Positions 1-14,366 of a DNA stretch of 64,000 nucleotides are shown here, in pieces. The stretch is from Marsupella aquatica (lineage: Eukaryota; Plantae; Marchantiophyta): contig OZ316892.1 in assembly GCA_973895155.1 (NCBI GenBank), positions 15,740,861-15,804,860 of the forward strand, given 5' to 3'. The translations under genes were made by a program, and so were the position numbers. The notes under the pieces were generated by a model, which saw nothing but the letters and a program-made list of their open reading frames with translations, did no database searches and was not told the origin of the DNA. Numbering within the stretch: position 1 is the first letter of the stretch; the number at the start of each line of letters is the position of its first letter.

Positions 1-289
1 CTTCACGATTCGACACTATCTAGTCAACCAGTTCTGACATTGGGCGAAGTCCGTTACCTGCTTGATTGACAAAATGGAACGGACACGTAGTCAATTCGGT
101 GCCGTTCAACAGCTTTAAGTGGCATTTGTCTTTTCTAACGAGCAGAAGATGTACCCGTTTCTTATCTAGAAAAATGTGTGGTCTGTTGCTAGCACTTGGT
201 GCTAGCCAAAATTTGAAACAGATAGCAAATATATTGACTGTTAAATAAAGCGTGTCTTCTTATAATGACCTTTATATTGCCCGTTTATT

Positions 290-527
290 ATCATTGAATG
301 GTGGGCCCCATTATGTTAGCATTTCAGAGAGCGCTTATATGGTTGTTATTTTTTAACATTGAGCCATTTTTTTGAACTTTGAATAACCTATAAAACTTGT
401 ACAAGTAAATAGTTTCTCGTATGAGTAAACAGATTTTCTGCTATGAGTAATTGAAAGCCTCATATGAGTAAATTTTTGCTCGTAACAGCAAATCTATTTA
501 CTATTTGCTGTCACGGTGGTTATACCC
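290..527. mobile_element. Transposase-side terminus of a MULE of the family at 24133-37305; the rest lies upstream of the window
   Basis: Sequence ending at 527 (atctatttactatttgctgtcacggtggttataccc) is the near-exact reverse complement of the end starting at 24133. Subterminal CTNNTANNAG units occur at 396, 416, 438, 459 and 479. LINE RT sequence begins right after. Confidence 0.8.
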
Positions 528-2592
528 ATCACATGTACATATGGGAAACGATGCTTTTGCTTGGAATCAGTAGTCAGTTCAACTGGTGCAAGCTTTATTA
601 AGTGAAGCTACTTCACGGGTGCATCTGAATGGCCTGCTGTCAGGGGACATTGGTCTGCGGCGTGGAGTGAGTCAAGGCTGTCCCTTGTCATCGTTACTTT
701 GTGTAATTTCTACCCAACCACTCATGGATTATATGGATGCAGAGCTGGCAGGAGGAAACTACTAGGGATACAAATTTCTGAGCAACTTATAGTGTGCTAT
801 CGGTTGTTTGCTGATGACCTTGGAATGTTTATCCCTGCCACTGAGAGAGGCTTCCAACTGGTGACGGAAGTACTGCAGTGCTACAAAACAGCCACGGGGG
901 CTTGGTTGAATTTGCAAAAATCTGTGGTGATTCCTGTGGGGATGGAGAACACCCCGACATGGCTTAGAGAGACTGGCTGTATTATCAGTGCTCCGGGAGA
1001 GTTACAGAAATACCTTGGGGCCCCACTTGGTGTGGACTTGAAGACAGAGCAGTTGCATCGATTTTGCCTGGACAAGATTGGTATCAGGCATTCTTCATGG
1101 GCCAACAAGCTACTGTCATTCACTGGGAGATCCCTTTTAATTCGCCATATTCTCCAGGCTATACCTATTTATCATACTATGTTTCTAAAGGCATCGGCGG
1201 GTCTGGCACGGAAATTAACTGCACTATGTTGTGACTTTCTTTGGGGATCCGGAAGGAGGCAGAAAGATCCCTTTGGTTTCATGGGCACGGATGTCGCGGC
1301 CGCAAATGGAGGGCGGCCTGGGGTTTAAGGAATTCAGGAGCCACTCTGATGCCTTACTCTCTAAGTGGTTCACACGGGCGCTGGACTGTCCGACATCTGA
1401 GTGGGCTCTCATGTTTGAAGCTAACCTAAACCTGATTAGTTGGGAGAACTATAAGGTGATACGCAGGAACTTGTACACTTTCAGGGATAAACTGCTGCTG
1501 TGCAGCCCTAGGTCTTTTCACGGTTTATCCTATACGGGCGGGCTATGGAGGGCATGGACTGAACTCCGCTCACATCTCATTTTTGTACCCTTGGAAGTGA
1601 TTCCTGGTAGATGGAGTATAGGGGACACTTTGCGCTACTTGAAAGGATTTCAAGCTTGGTCACATGAGGATTTTGCAGTGGTAACTGAGAGCTTTGGCAA
1701 GTTGGGGATTAAATGTATTCAGAATATGTGGAGAGAAGAGCTGGGTGGTTGGATAGACTTATCAGAACAGTGGGATCATATCAGGGGACTCTTAGCGGTC
1801 CAGCAGATGAAGTGCAGGGATTTTGGTGAGAGGATCATGGAAATCGGGTCTTGCCAGGTTGACTATGTTCTTGGACCAGTCTGTTGGAGGTGGGCTGATA
1901 AGCCTAGGATGCTAAAAGAATTCAAACTCACTAATGTACAAGCATACCAATTTCTACATCCAAATGCTACGGATTATGAGAGCCTGAACCGTACCAGGGG
2001 TACGAACAAGTCGGAGGCAGAATGGAGAGAAGGTTGGGCAGGAATATGGAGATCGGATTTGTCAACACGCGCCAAGACCTTAATGTGGCGGGTGTTGGCT
2101 TCAGGACTTTTTACAGGAGTGAGAGCTGCTTGCATTGGCAAGGGTTCGGGGCAATGCAAGCTTTGTCCTAGAGATTGTGAATCACTTAAGCATTTATTTA
2201 TGCTCTGTGAACATGCAAGGAAGTGCTAGCTGGTGTGCGCAGATAGTTTTGGGGGTTTGTTGGCTAACTTCCCTGTTGGATTGGTCGGGCTGCTGGATTC
2301 TGCGATGGGGAGAGAACCCATGAAAATAGTGAAAATGTTTGTGCTTTATCAGATGCTATGGATGTTGTGGACTGGTAGGAATGAGCATATGTTTCAAGTA
2401 GCGGGTACGCATAGATTTGACTTTAGGTTTTTGCTTTCGAAGGCCTCGGACCATGTTGCTGCAGTTGGACAGGGTCTGCCCCAAAACAGAACACACAGTA
2501 GATTACTTTGTGCACGCGAACAGCTTAACGTAGAGAGAGTGGTATGGCTCAGCCGATGTGATGGGTGGGTGACATCGGTCACCCGGTATTGA
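528..2592 (+). pseudogene. L1-like LINE ORF2 remnant (C-terminal RT plus zf-RVT zinc finger), frameshifted
   Basis: RRGVSQGCPLS, LFADDL, KYLGAPLG, GGLGF and C-x2-C...ESLKHLF-x2-C motifs across ORFs 699-1328, 1231-2229 and 2233-2592. Confidence 0.9.
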
Positions 2593-3916
2593 CATTGGAG
2601 TGGATGGACTGTTTGACCATACCACTATTGACTAATGTGACAAGGTTATGGAAGTTTAGGGTGTTATCACTGCATATGTCTTAAGTATCACTTCTACAAA
2701 CTATCCACTCATTTGTTGCGACTCCTTAGCCATAGGGACTTTACCTACTCTCTTCAATCACTCATTGCATGTTCAAGGTTCAAGGTTAATTGTCTAGGAC
2801 AAGGTTGTCCATGTTGTCCATGCACCTTTGAAGTTGGATGGGGGATACCACTTAATTTGACATTCAATTATTACAACATGCCATTGTAAGGAAAATTGCA
2901 GGTCCACTATCCAAGCTCAACGTCTTAGTGCTAAGTACTTGTGTGAGTGAGTGCTCCTCACCAGTTGCAAGCTTCAATTAGTAGAGGTACCCCCTTACAT
3001 GAGCCCCTTACATGAGCCCCCTACATGTCATTGGCTGAGTACCTTAGTACTCTCCACCCTTGTGCGCGGGAGAAAATGTTTCTTTGTCCGCGAAGAGGGT
3101 TTAGGGAGGGGACGGTTTAGGGTGCGAATGAGGCAACGAGGCTCGGGCAGTCGATACTGAATTGATCAAGGAGGAGGAGGAGCAAACAAGGCAACTGGGC
3201 AAGGGCAATCTATGATTGATTGATCGAGGAGGGAAAAATCGTCCCTACACGGGATTCTTAGTTTGCACCCTATCGGGCGTTCTTCCCGCTCTCTGTGATT
3301 GAAGGGAGGAGGAAGGGTTTAGCGCCACACTTGAAGCGCAACGTGACCACATTCAATCAGGTGCTAAGTGCGTCTACAAGTGCTCCCCGAAGGCATTGCT
3401 TCCCGAAGGCATTGCTTCCCGAAGGCATTGTAGGGGCATTGCGGGAAGACTTGGCGGGTCAAACGCAAAGTTGAAGGTGTGGGGGTCCATCTTCCGCCAT
3501 TTGCTTGTTGGGTTGTTCTTCGGTGAAGAGGAGAACGAGCTAGAATGTAAATGCGCTGCGACATTGGAGCGGGCGACATTGGAAGTGCGGGGTTTTGGGT
3601 GTCAACTTGTTTTGAAGAGCGCTGATCTCTGGTGCGGTGTTGGGTGCGGCTGGTGTTCAGGCAGAGGTGAGAGGTCCCGTGCAACGCACTGTGGTGCTTC
3701 ATTGTGCTCTGTTTGTACTTTGTTTGTTCATCTTAACTCTGGAAAATTAATGACAGCAAAAACTATGGTTCATATATAGAAGGTCGTCCCTATTCGAGAC
3801 CTCTCTTGCTGAATTCTCACCTCACTCTCTCTCGCCCTCTCTCTCGGTCTTGCTCTTCCATCGTATCTTGCTCTTCCATCGTGTCCGCTCTCTATTGCAG
3901 ATTTCTCTCTCTCACG

Positions 3917-4846
3917 ATCCTCAAATACGTGTCATCATCTCTCCCTCTCTTATGCACGCCCATCACTATAGCAATCTCAGGTCGGGGTCGGCGTTGAACT
4001 TGGATTTCACTATGGAAATGTAGATGGGATCTTATACACTAGTATTCTAGTGTGCAGAAGTGTTGTGCAGAACTAAGAGAGGGTGCGGGGGGTTTTTCTT
4101 TGCCTTTGCTGAGCTGCGATTTCAACTCAACGGTCCTGTCCTTAGTCGCTTAGTGCTTATTTGTGTCTTGCAACAACTTTTCAGACCTGCGCGCCTGCAA
4201 TGCTTGTACTTTCAGAATCGTAGACTTTAGAGTATACTCTTGTACTATCAATGACTAAATTAGAAGTTATTACGTGCGCCTATATGCTTCACTTGTGTCT
4301 TTGGAGGCTTTTGGATTAGAGGTTGCACAAAGCATGGATGTCATAGCCCTAAACTTCAAATTTCCCTGCATGCAATTCTACCTCTACATTCATGTTTCGG
4401 CAACAGGAAGAACGCAAAGGGAGCAGGTCACTCTTCCATTGACTACTTTGCCACTGTATGTATTCAATGTACAGGACATCAGTCAAATGTGATACTCTAT
4501 AATGTACTCCACGGACAACTGATGAGCCACAAAACTGATGAGCCACACTCTGTCTGTGGCACTTGCAGATCATTTTTCCACCCGTTCGAGAGCTTTCTCT
4601 TTTGCCAAGCTAGGCACAAAGAAATCATTCCAGGGTTTTGTCAACTCCTGAGGTCTGTAATCACTCAGAGCCCTCTACATTTCATTGCTTTGTCTTCACT
4701 GGTGGTCTCAAGGTCGAGCGTTTGTGCTGCCCATCCTCAAGTATGTACAAAAATCTCTCCCTCTCTTATGCATGCCCATCACTATAGCAATCTCAGGTCG
4801 GGGCCAGGGTCAAGCCAGGATTTCACTATGGAAGTGTAGACTGGAT
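3917..4846 (+). repeat. Dispersed direct repeat of ~110 bp (3917-4030 and 4733-4846)
   Basis: Both copies share atctctccctctcttatgcaYgcccatcactatagcaatctcaggtcgggg...ggatttcactatggaaRtgtaga. Confidence 0.8.
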
Positions 4847-5246
4847 TTGGGTTATTTGATTGGATTTTATGTATGGGGCGTCGATTGTATTCTACTGGCC
4901 TTCTTGTTGTGCTAAGCAATGTCCTGTTGTGGACTTTTGAATTCTTCTGCTGGTACCCCTGTTTTCGTGGCCCCCAAAATTTATAAAAATTTATGTGTGA
5001 AAATGCTAGCCCAACAATTGCCCACCTTTAATGGCAAAAATCGTTCAGTAATTGCCTGTGTCCAATCTCAGAGTCCTAAACTTAAAATTTCCTCCATGCA
5101 CACAACCCATCTTGAATTTATAGCTTGAAATAACAGTTTCTCAAATCTTTGGTATTAATTCATAGTTTTAGTTTCTCATTCCTTGCATGCTTCACTACGT
5201 CACTGACTCTGGCCATATTGTGTTGTTTTCTATTGGGGTAGAAGTC

Positions 5247-5906
5247 ATGGCTCGTCCAAAACGGCCAGCACGCAGAGGCGGATCATAGGTGAGGCACCAT
5301 TCCATGAGTAGACATCATCATTGGTCCAATGCACAAATTCATCAGAAAGCCACTCATGTTTGTGCCATTTGTGATGATGGAGGTGACCTGGTCATGTGTG
5401 ATGACCCTTGCCTGAGACAATTCCATGTCAATTCCTGGTCCACTTATGCACCACAGAATACATGCCCTGGGGTTGGGCTCCGGGGGGACCATCGGGGTGC
5501 TTGGACCTGCTTTGATTGTGCCACTAATATCAGCAAGTGTGCTCAATGTGGCACAAACGGCACTGTTGGGGGGGATCAACCAGAGCTGCGGAAATATCTT
5601 GACAGGTTTTGTGTTTGTTTTTTTTGTTTGACATGCCTGCCCCATGATAACTCTCTTTGCCCACTACATGTTTGTCCTACTTGTGGGGAGCCTGATGATG
5701 ACTACTGGATAGACATGGTCCATTGTCCTAGATGTCCCACAGCCTGGCACCATGAGTGTTTACTAGCCCTTCAGGCAAAAGGGTATGCATGTGACCGCCA
5801 AATTTATTCCCACTCTGCACACGGGGTTGATAGGTGGTTTTTGTATTGCCACCTCCATACGATTGACCCTCATTTGTAGACCCCTGTGAGAGACCACTTG
5901 ACTTAG
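5247..5906 (+). pseudogene. EDM2/NSD-type composite PHD-finger protein with in-frame TAG stops
   Basis: CAICDDGGDLVMCDDPCLRQFH...WTCFDC...CPLHVCPTC...CPRCPTAWHHECL...LYCHLHTIDPHL*TPVRDH matches the layout of the plant EDM2 PHD module. Confidence 0.75.
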
Positions 5907-6850
5907 CTATTGCTGGATGACACCTCCAGCGCCAGCAACAAAACAAGTGAATCAGCACCAACAGGCTGAGCTAAATGAATCCAACATTGCACATCTCACA
6001 TTTTGGACTTTTTAATGAAGTGGGCACCTCACTGCAATGTCAACCATAGCTCAGAGACACCCTGCTACAGTGAGCTGTCGATCGACTTTGTGACTGCATA
6101 GTAAATTTGGATTTTGCTTTTTCAGTTCAGCCATACATGGTTCTGTCCTTATACTTTCGTACACGATGACACCTCAAAAACTAAGTTTACTTATATTTTG
6201 AAGACTGATTAAGTTAATTGCAATTTCAAAGTTAGGGCCTGCACAAGGATGTCTGTGTTTTTTCCACTTTCAGTGTGTATGGTAAGAGACCATAACTGTG
6301 AAAGACTAAAGATTCCAAGCAGACTGTTGCCTGGAGTAAAACAACATGCATGCCCAGGAGTATGAAAATACATATATAGCTACCATTATGTATTTGTTTT
6401 GGCTCTTAACAAAGGTCATCTTAAGTCGTGTGCCTGACCCATACATTTGTACAATTACAGATGTGACTGGAAATTGGGCAGTTTAATGATATCATTCTCA
6501 GTCCCCACCACTGTCACGTAAGATACAGGTATTTGAATGTGAATTCAGGCTATATGCAGACAGGACAATATAAAGGGCCACATGTATACTGAAGTAGGCT
6601 GTCGTTCTACTTTCATCAATGTAATTACATGAACATATGGTGAAAATAATTTGACTGAAGAGTATATGGTTTGTCCTATAACTCCGTGCTGGGATTTACT
6701 GCATGTATTGACTTTCAATCCTGTCATGTGGGCCACAATCAGGGAGCTAGAGTGCACTTTGTGTCATCAGAGAGCATTGGGCTGAAGCATTGAGGGATAG
6801 GCAATGAGGGCACTGGTATTTCTCTATTGGCTTTTATTACAGGAGGCATC

Positions 6851-7777
6851 ATGCCTTCCAAACGGAAGCGTGAACCTGTCCCCCTTCCACCTTCCTAGTG
6901 TGCTCCCATCTTCCAAGGGGTCAAACTCTTTTTTGTCCCAGGTATTCAGAGTGCAAGATTGAATATCCTTAGGAGAAAACTCATTGAGCATCACGGTATA
7001 GAGACACAATGTCAACTACAGGACATTCAAGTCACCCATATTATTGCAGAAACATGGGAACATTGTTTGAAAATGGCATCTTGGTCGGTTTTTAATGACA
7101 GAGTCTTCTTGAGGCATGTCAAAGTACTTTCAGCAGAATGGATGTCTGACTCCCTTAGAAAAGGGAGTGTCCAAGATCCTGATGATTACAATTTGTTTGA
7201 GAGCAAGTACAACAGCGTCCAAATGATGAAAGATAGTCGAGATTGGCACAAGGCTCGTAGAATTGCAGGGAGAGGTGGGAGTAGGGTTCCGTCTATTGAC
7301 CAGATCACAAAAGTATACAACAACATTATCCCATATGAGACAGAACCCATCCTAGACCGTACAATGTTCAGAGGTGTGAGGGCTGTTATACTTGACAAGT
7401 CTATCAAGCCATATAGGGTCTGTTGTTTCAAGAGGGAGATCAGTAGAAGAGGTGGTACAGTGATTGAGAAGCTCACTAATGAGACCACCCATGTCATTGC
7501 TCATTCATATTCTAAGGCATGCCGAGAGTATGGAAAGTCCGTGGTACGATGGCTCATCGCACATGGGCTGCGTGTGGTCTGCCCTGAATGGGTCAGGCAG
7601 TCACTTTCGGAAAATATGCGATTGGATGAGCATAAATTTGATTTAAATGAAGTATGGCCAGCAAAGCCATTCATTCCCTATGACGACCCAGAATATGTTA
7701 CTTCTGAGTTCCAAACCACGAATGAAGAGTTTTTTGATAGTGCGTATGATTCTGTTAGCCCTAATGATTATGAATAA
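6851..7777 (+). pseudogene. Tandem BRCT-domain protein (one early TAG)
   Basis: Two BRCT-like units: IFQGVKLFF..LIEHHG..VTHIIA..VLSAEWMSDSL and MFRGVRAVI..ISRRGGTV..TTHVIA..VVCPEWVRQSL. Confidence 0.75.
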
Positions 7778-8142
7778 GTAAGGTCTCAACTGTCTGTATG
7801 CTAGACGGTTATATTTTTGAAATAAAGTTTTGTGTGTTACTTTGGTCTATAAGACATTACTCCTTTTCATCCTCCAAATGTCTGGGTTTTGCATTTGGAG
7901 ATGTATGGCAGTGTATGATGTACGTTTTACCATTGACTGGTCAACGACCAAGCACCTCACTGATTATAGCAAGTCTATTATGATGTTGCTGCCTGCAATG
8001 AGTAGATGATACGTGAGCAGGTCGGGCGCTAGCACAGAGCGGACTTGATAGTGAGTGTACACCGTGTCTGTGATATTTCCTTCATGAAACTTGCATGTGT
8101 CCCTCCATGTACTTAGAATATGCAATTGTATAAGCCTGTCTA

Positions 8143-11100
8143 GTGCAAAGGGTACATAGCCAAGGTGTGCCTACAACAGTTGAAGGTATGGATCAGGCAA
8201 ATGAGGATGGACATTTGGGGCAAAGGAATCAGACACATACCAATGAACTGCGACTCCCTTTGCATCACCCATTGAGGATTGCACGTCATGACTCCAAGTT
8301 GTGGAATAGAGAGGTGCTTAGAGCAAGCCGGGGCAGAAATGCCCGGATGAGATGCCCCTGCATGCAATGTCAAGGATACCACTCGATGACCCTGAACCAA
8401 GTGCATTCTCATCTTCAAAGGCATGGAAGACATCCAGTCCGTAGGGTGTGGAATGTGCCAGAGGAAGAGGATTCATTGGATGATGAATGGAGGGCAGATT
8501 TTGAAAATGTGAATACAGCAAGACGCTCTGCATTCTTTCATAATGTCACTGGTCATGCAGGCAAAAATGCCGAAGATGAGTATGTTCCACAGGGAGGTCC
8601 CGAGACTTCTAATGAGGACGGGGCAGATGTTCCTAGGATGGTTTCAGACATTTTTGAAGACCTGGATGCACTTTATGAAGATGCAGAGGCATAGGGGGAT
8701 GAAGAAGCAGACATGCATGGTGCAGGCCCGTCGGACCAAGAAGAGTTTGACATTGGAGAAGGAGTTGGAGATGATGGTCAATTCTTGGGAGCTGGGGCCT
8801 ACTTGGAGGAAGCTACGTCCCCATTGTATGGTGGTGCAAATTGCTCCAAACTAGGGTTCATAGTGATGTTCCTCAATATATGTGGATGTCACCGTGTGCC
8901 CAACATATGTGTAACAGAGTTGTTGATGTTCCTATAGAGGACAGTACTACCCGCTGGAAACATTGCTCCTAAGAACATGTATGAGGCAAAGAAGGTGATG
9001 AGCAAACTTGGTTTGAATTATGTGTCCATCCGTGCATGCCCAGATGGCCATGTACTTTTCATAAAAGAATATGTTGATTGCCTATCTTGCCCTATCTGCA
9101 GAAAGCACAGATATAAGAACGTGGGGAAGTCAACTCAACCTGCTAAGGTCCTACGGAATTTCCCTCTCATTCCAAGATTACAATACCTCTATAGGTGTCC
9201 ATCCATTTCTAAGATGATGACTTGGACCTCTGATCACAAGAGTACAGATGGTTTGCAACGTCACGTTGGAGATTCCAACCATTGGAAGTACATAGATGAG
9301 AAGTGGCCGGACTTTGCAGCAGAGAGCAGAAATGTGAGGTTTGGTCTAAGCCTCAACGGTGCTAATCCATTTGGAGACAAGAACATGTATTCTTGCTGGC
9401 CAGTGACTTTGATAAATTATAATCTCCCGCCTTGGATATCCACCAAGCATTTTTTTGTGATCTTGTGTATTATGATTCCCGGCCCAAACTCTGCTATAAG
9501 TGCAAACATAGATGTTTGGTTGGCCCCTGCTGTGGAGGAATGGGTTATTCTATGGACACATGGAGTTATGACAGTTGATGCACTTTGTGGACCTGGTAGA
9601 CCAAGGACATTCAACCTACGTGCAATTATGTGTGTTAATTTGATAGCAGACTACCCTGGACATAGCATGATATCTGGGCAGGTACGGAAGGGATATCTGG
9701 GTTGCACACAATGTGGCCGAGATGTTACATCTGAACGGTCCGCTTCCTTGGGCAATATCAAATTCATGGGCCACAGGCGATATCTTCCTGCCGACCACCC
9801 TTTCAGGCACAGGCCATCCCACATAGCCCGCTTCAACAACCAGAGGGAGCTTCGAGAGTCTCCTTTGTTGGTTAGTAGAGATCAACTTCTGCAGTGGGGA
9901 CTGAACAAGGTGTCTTATGATGAATATGGTGCTTCCAAAGACGTGCCAGACGACCCAGCAAAGACTCATGGCATCAAAAGGCAGACAATCATGGACACAT
10001 CATTGGAGTATTGGAAGGTAACATTTGCATATTCACTTGTACTCAGTGAACCTATTCACAACAGTTTTTAGTTATTGTGTCTGAACCTAATTGTGGCAAT
10101 CATGCGTACTTCATGGGTGCAGGATTTTGAACCAAGCAAACATAACATTGATGTAATGCACATTGAGAAGAATGTATGCGAAAGTCTTTTGAAGCTTCTG
10201 TCAGGGGACAACGATACTGCAGCAGTACAAAAGGACCTTCAGGAGAAGGGCATTCGTCCTCAACTTTGGCTGCAAGAATCCAAAAATAGGCCGGGTGTGG
10301 TATATAAGTACCAAGCTCCATATGTTTGCACCCAGAATGAGTGGAACACAGTTTTGTCTAGGTTGAGTTCGTTCAGAGTACCCTCTAGGTATGCTGGAGC
10401 CTTTGCAAAGCATATAAGGAAGAAGGAGTTGGGAAGCATGAAAACTCATGACTTCCATGTTATGATGCAAGACATTCTACCAATATGTCTGAGGGGATTG
10501 ATGCAAAAACCAGTTTGCAATGTCATTTTGAGACTGTGTCAGATCTTTCGCCGTATTTGTGTGAAGGTGTGGGACCCTACAACATTTCCTCAGTTAAAGG
10601 CAGATACTGTGCGTGTGCTTTGTGACTTGGAGATCTATTTCCCGCCAACATTTTTTGATGTCATGACTCATTTGATCATCCATGCGGTTGAAGATCTGGG
10701 CCACTATGGCCAGTGAGTACAAGTGGATGTATCCAATGGAATGGTACATGAAGTCGCTAAAAGGCCATGTACGTACTTATTACATGCCTGAAGCAAGCAT
10801 GGCTCTCGGTTACATTCAAGAAGAGACCTTGGGGTTCCTAACAGAATACATGGGGTGTAGATAGTGTTACGAGCAGGGTGTGGGATGCTGAGGAAGAAGA
10901 GGGGATGGCTAGAGAGGTTCTTCAAGGCCCTTTTACTTCCCTGCAATTGTCTGCAAAAGTTCGTGATGCAGCACACTTATATGTGTTACACAATACAGTC
11001 ATGATGCAACCTTGGTGGCAGTGAGTACTCATGTTTCCGCACCCTCCCTGCATTCCTTCTTTATTCATATCCATTTTGGTAGGATATGTACATTGTATTG

Positions 11101-11890
11101 AGAAATTATTCTCATTGTCATCATTGTATGCAAGGAATATAATGTGCAGAAGGCCGCCCAATTAGGGTTAAATCACCAGGCATCCCCTACTTTTCCTGAG
11201 TGGATTAGGACAACAATTCGAGAGGATAGCAGGCAAAACCCAAACATGGATAGAGATGTTCTCCTCTTGTCTGTGCCTCCTAGACGTATTGTACAGCGGT
11301 ATAAATGGATGAAAGCATATGGGAATCAGTACCGTGTGCATGATGATGAGGACAAGCATTTAGTGACATATAATTCGGGGGTAATATCTGTGTTTGAGCA
11401 TATAGATGCTCAGAACAACAGGGGCTGCATGGAGATGGGATATGTCGGGGAGTTGGCAGACATCTGGGCACTGAATTATGGGAACACATCACAACAAATC
11501 ATCCTAATGAAAGGTTCATGGGTGAAGCCAGATTGGCATGGGCCAAGAGCGACCATGAAACGGGATATGGATGGTTTTCTAATGGTCAATTTTAACCAAA
11601 GACTGGCAGAATGGATGGAGCCTTTTGTGTTCCCAAGTCAAGTTGAGCAAGTGTTTTTTTTAGATGTGGAGGAGGCTCGTGGTTGGCATGTAGTCTGCCA
11701 TAGCTCACCTAGAGTTCGAAGGATGGAGGGTACTAAAATAGAGTTCAGTTTGGATGCACATGGGGCCTTTGAACAGCCAGTAGTAGATGTTGTACATCGG
11801 GGCCAGGGGACCAGGGAGTACATCCCCTTGACAGTGAGACAGACTTATGAGGGAGAGGTTGAAGCTGAGATGGACAAAGATGATGAGTAG
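8143..11890 (+). pseudogene. CACTA/EnSpm TnpD-like transposase (Transposase_21, DUF4218, DUF4216-type regions), spliced and disrupted
   Basis: CPC..C..HL..HG, YEAKK..LGLNY..I.ACP, YSCWPV..YNLPPW, IDVMHIEKNV, MKTHDFHV, FPPTFFDVMTHL, WMYPME and EPFVFPSQVEQVFF; introns near 10018-10122 and 11022-11134. Confidence 0.92.
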
Positions 11891-12357
11891 ATGGATCTAT
11901 TTTGTTGTGAGTAGGTGACTCTTTGAAGTGCCATGAGTAGCAAATATCAGCAATAAATGGATGACTTGTTTGTGCAACCGTAGTAACTTGGTGAGTAGGA
12001 TGCCAGACAAAAATGGCATGTGTGAGTATGAGAAGCAAGCTGTCAAACACCGAGCATGGGTGAAGCAATGTGCCGCAGCCCTGTTGGGTGATGTGCAAGA
12101 GGCTATTTCGGATATGTAAGGGACTATGCATAGTATGAGCTGTATGCGTATGTCGTTGTGTGCATCTGTTCATTGTGTAGCTTCTGTAATGGACTACTAC
12201 ATTCATAACCTGTGTCAAATTTCATGTGGGTGTTGCAGTAACAAAAGTATCCTGGCCAACACTGTCGAAGCGGAATCATTGTAGACGGAAGACCTTTTGT
12301 AATCCTTACGGACCTAGGCGACGCAGTGAGAGGTTGACTTCAAAGACCCCTATTTCA

Positions 12358-14366
12358 ATGGCTGAATCTCCTGATAAGAATGAGGTAGAGGATTGCATGC
12401 CTAATGGTGGTGATACAGAATATGATCCTGACCAAGATCCGAATGCAAGTGCTAGCATGTCATCGGATGATGACATGCCAAATCCTACCCCTCCACCAAA
12501 GCCTGCTTGCAGTAAGGAAACTGGGGGAACTTCTATGAGATCTCGACCAACGCCCTCTGTATACTCAGCCCAAGCCCCGAGCAACAACAATTGCAATAAC
12601 CCACAATTTAATGCCCCCAACTATAACTGGCCATAAGCACGACAGGGGGCAATAACTATGGCGGGTCTATGGGTGTAGGCCCTTCTGCCAGCTATATGGG
12701 TCCTAGTTGGCCAAGTAAGTGTGAACATTTGAATTTGTTTCATGAATGTGGACAAGTGTATTTTGAGCTACAATTGGCTGCTTGTGTTCCTCAATAGATG
12801 TGGGTCTGATGTGAGTGGCAGACCCAATGTGGGACCGTATGCAGCCCACAAATATGTATGAAGGAGGGTCAATGGGGCCATCAAGGCAATTCATGGGAGG
12901 TCCTCATCCAATGGGGACAGGATGGCAAGGTTATGGTGGGTATGGTGGGAACCCAGCACCAACACCAACACCAACACCTTCAATCCAACCGACAGAGACT
13001 CTGAGGAGGGGAGGAGGTATTTTCTATAGCAGTTGTACATAAAGTATTTAAATCAGGTAATTTACAGAGACCATATGATATTAATGGTGTTAATTGCATT
13101 TCTCTTTTCAGATAACCCTATCACACCCCGCGCAGGCCATGGGGGAGGAACTCCTGGATTTGCAACACCAAGTAGTGCGTCAGGGAGCACTGGGAGAGGT
13201 GAGAATGTGAAGCTGGGTACTGTCAAAGTTGATGATGAAGGCCGGATCACAACGATGAGTGCTGGAAATAATAGATGGCACAATGACCTGCAAATGGAGT
13301 GTCTATGATGGTTGGACATTAGCTGTACTAACTTTAATTGTCAACATCCATCTGACTGGGAACTGGTTTGCAGATATATGCAAGACAAATGGGAATATTT
13401 GGGGAATTCTGGGAAAGGGGTCAGTGCTGATTGTCTTGCAGAGTATGGACAAACTATCATGAAAACAGAGAGGCATCAATTGCACAAAGCATGGATTGCT
13501 GATGGCAGTAAACCACATGCTGAAGCACCCCCAAGTGTTCATGTAGAACAATGGGCTTGACTGAGAGGGACATTCCTGTCTAGGGTAGGATAGGAGAAGT
13601 CTGCACAAATGATTGCTGCTAGAAATGCAGTGAAGAATCCTATGCTTACAGGGAGGGGAGGACATGCACCAGTAGTAGCCAAATTGGTTGGGTTCCCATG
13701 CCATACAAATCTGTATTTACATTTCAATTTTGGAGTTGACTGTATGTAGTTGTAGCAGCATGGTACGTTTAGGCAAGATTCATTGAGAAACGTGTCTTGC
13801 AATGTTTATGTGCACCAGAAAAAGCTTACTAGAGAGAAACCCACAAAAGAGGAGGTTGTGGCAGAAATCAAAAGGGTAAAGTGTGATGAAGGCAACGTTG
13901 GATCTAAACAGGTAATTTAGGAGCATTATTGATGGACAATCTGTTGTACAGTCTTTCTTTAGATGCATAGTACTGTCAGCCCTTATGCAATTGTAAAATT
14001 GTTGAGAAGAGCCGTTTGGTTGGTGTATGTCATATATAGCAGGGAGCAGTGTCTACCCTTACAGAGATATTAGACCGGTTGAAGACTGTGGAGAATGCTT
14101 GGCCATCAGTCGAGACTGAGATGAAGAGTCAATTCAAGGACATAGCCAGTCTTCTTCAAAGCCAAGGATCAACCTTAAGGGAAGTACAAGCTGAATTACG
14201 TGAGTTGCGGGCGATGCACATTGCTGGCAGGGTTGAGCACCCAATTGCACATCCATTACATGAGCCTGCAAATATTGAGGAAGTTGTGCCTACAAAGAAG
14301 AGTGGTATCTCGGGGGTCTCACTATATGGAGGCCTCCCCATCACCTGCAACGTTTCTAGGCCCTGA
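12358..14366 (+). pseudogene. Probable CACTA TnpA-like second gene, multi-exon and degenerate
   Basis: Same strand, downstream of the transposase. P/G-rich N-terminus, W-rich central region ending NPMLTGRGG, coiled-coil C-terminus and GT-AG introns. Boundaries are approximate. Confidence 0.5.

Noticed and set aside
3097-3123. Telomere-like GGGTTTAGGG units
   Set aside because: Only two dispersed units, typical of promoter telo-boxes rather than an array.
2600-5200. CACTA terminal inverted repeat
   Set aside because: Several CACTA pentamers occur, but none has a matching TAGTG end or subterminal repeats that I could confirm.
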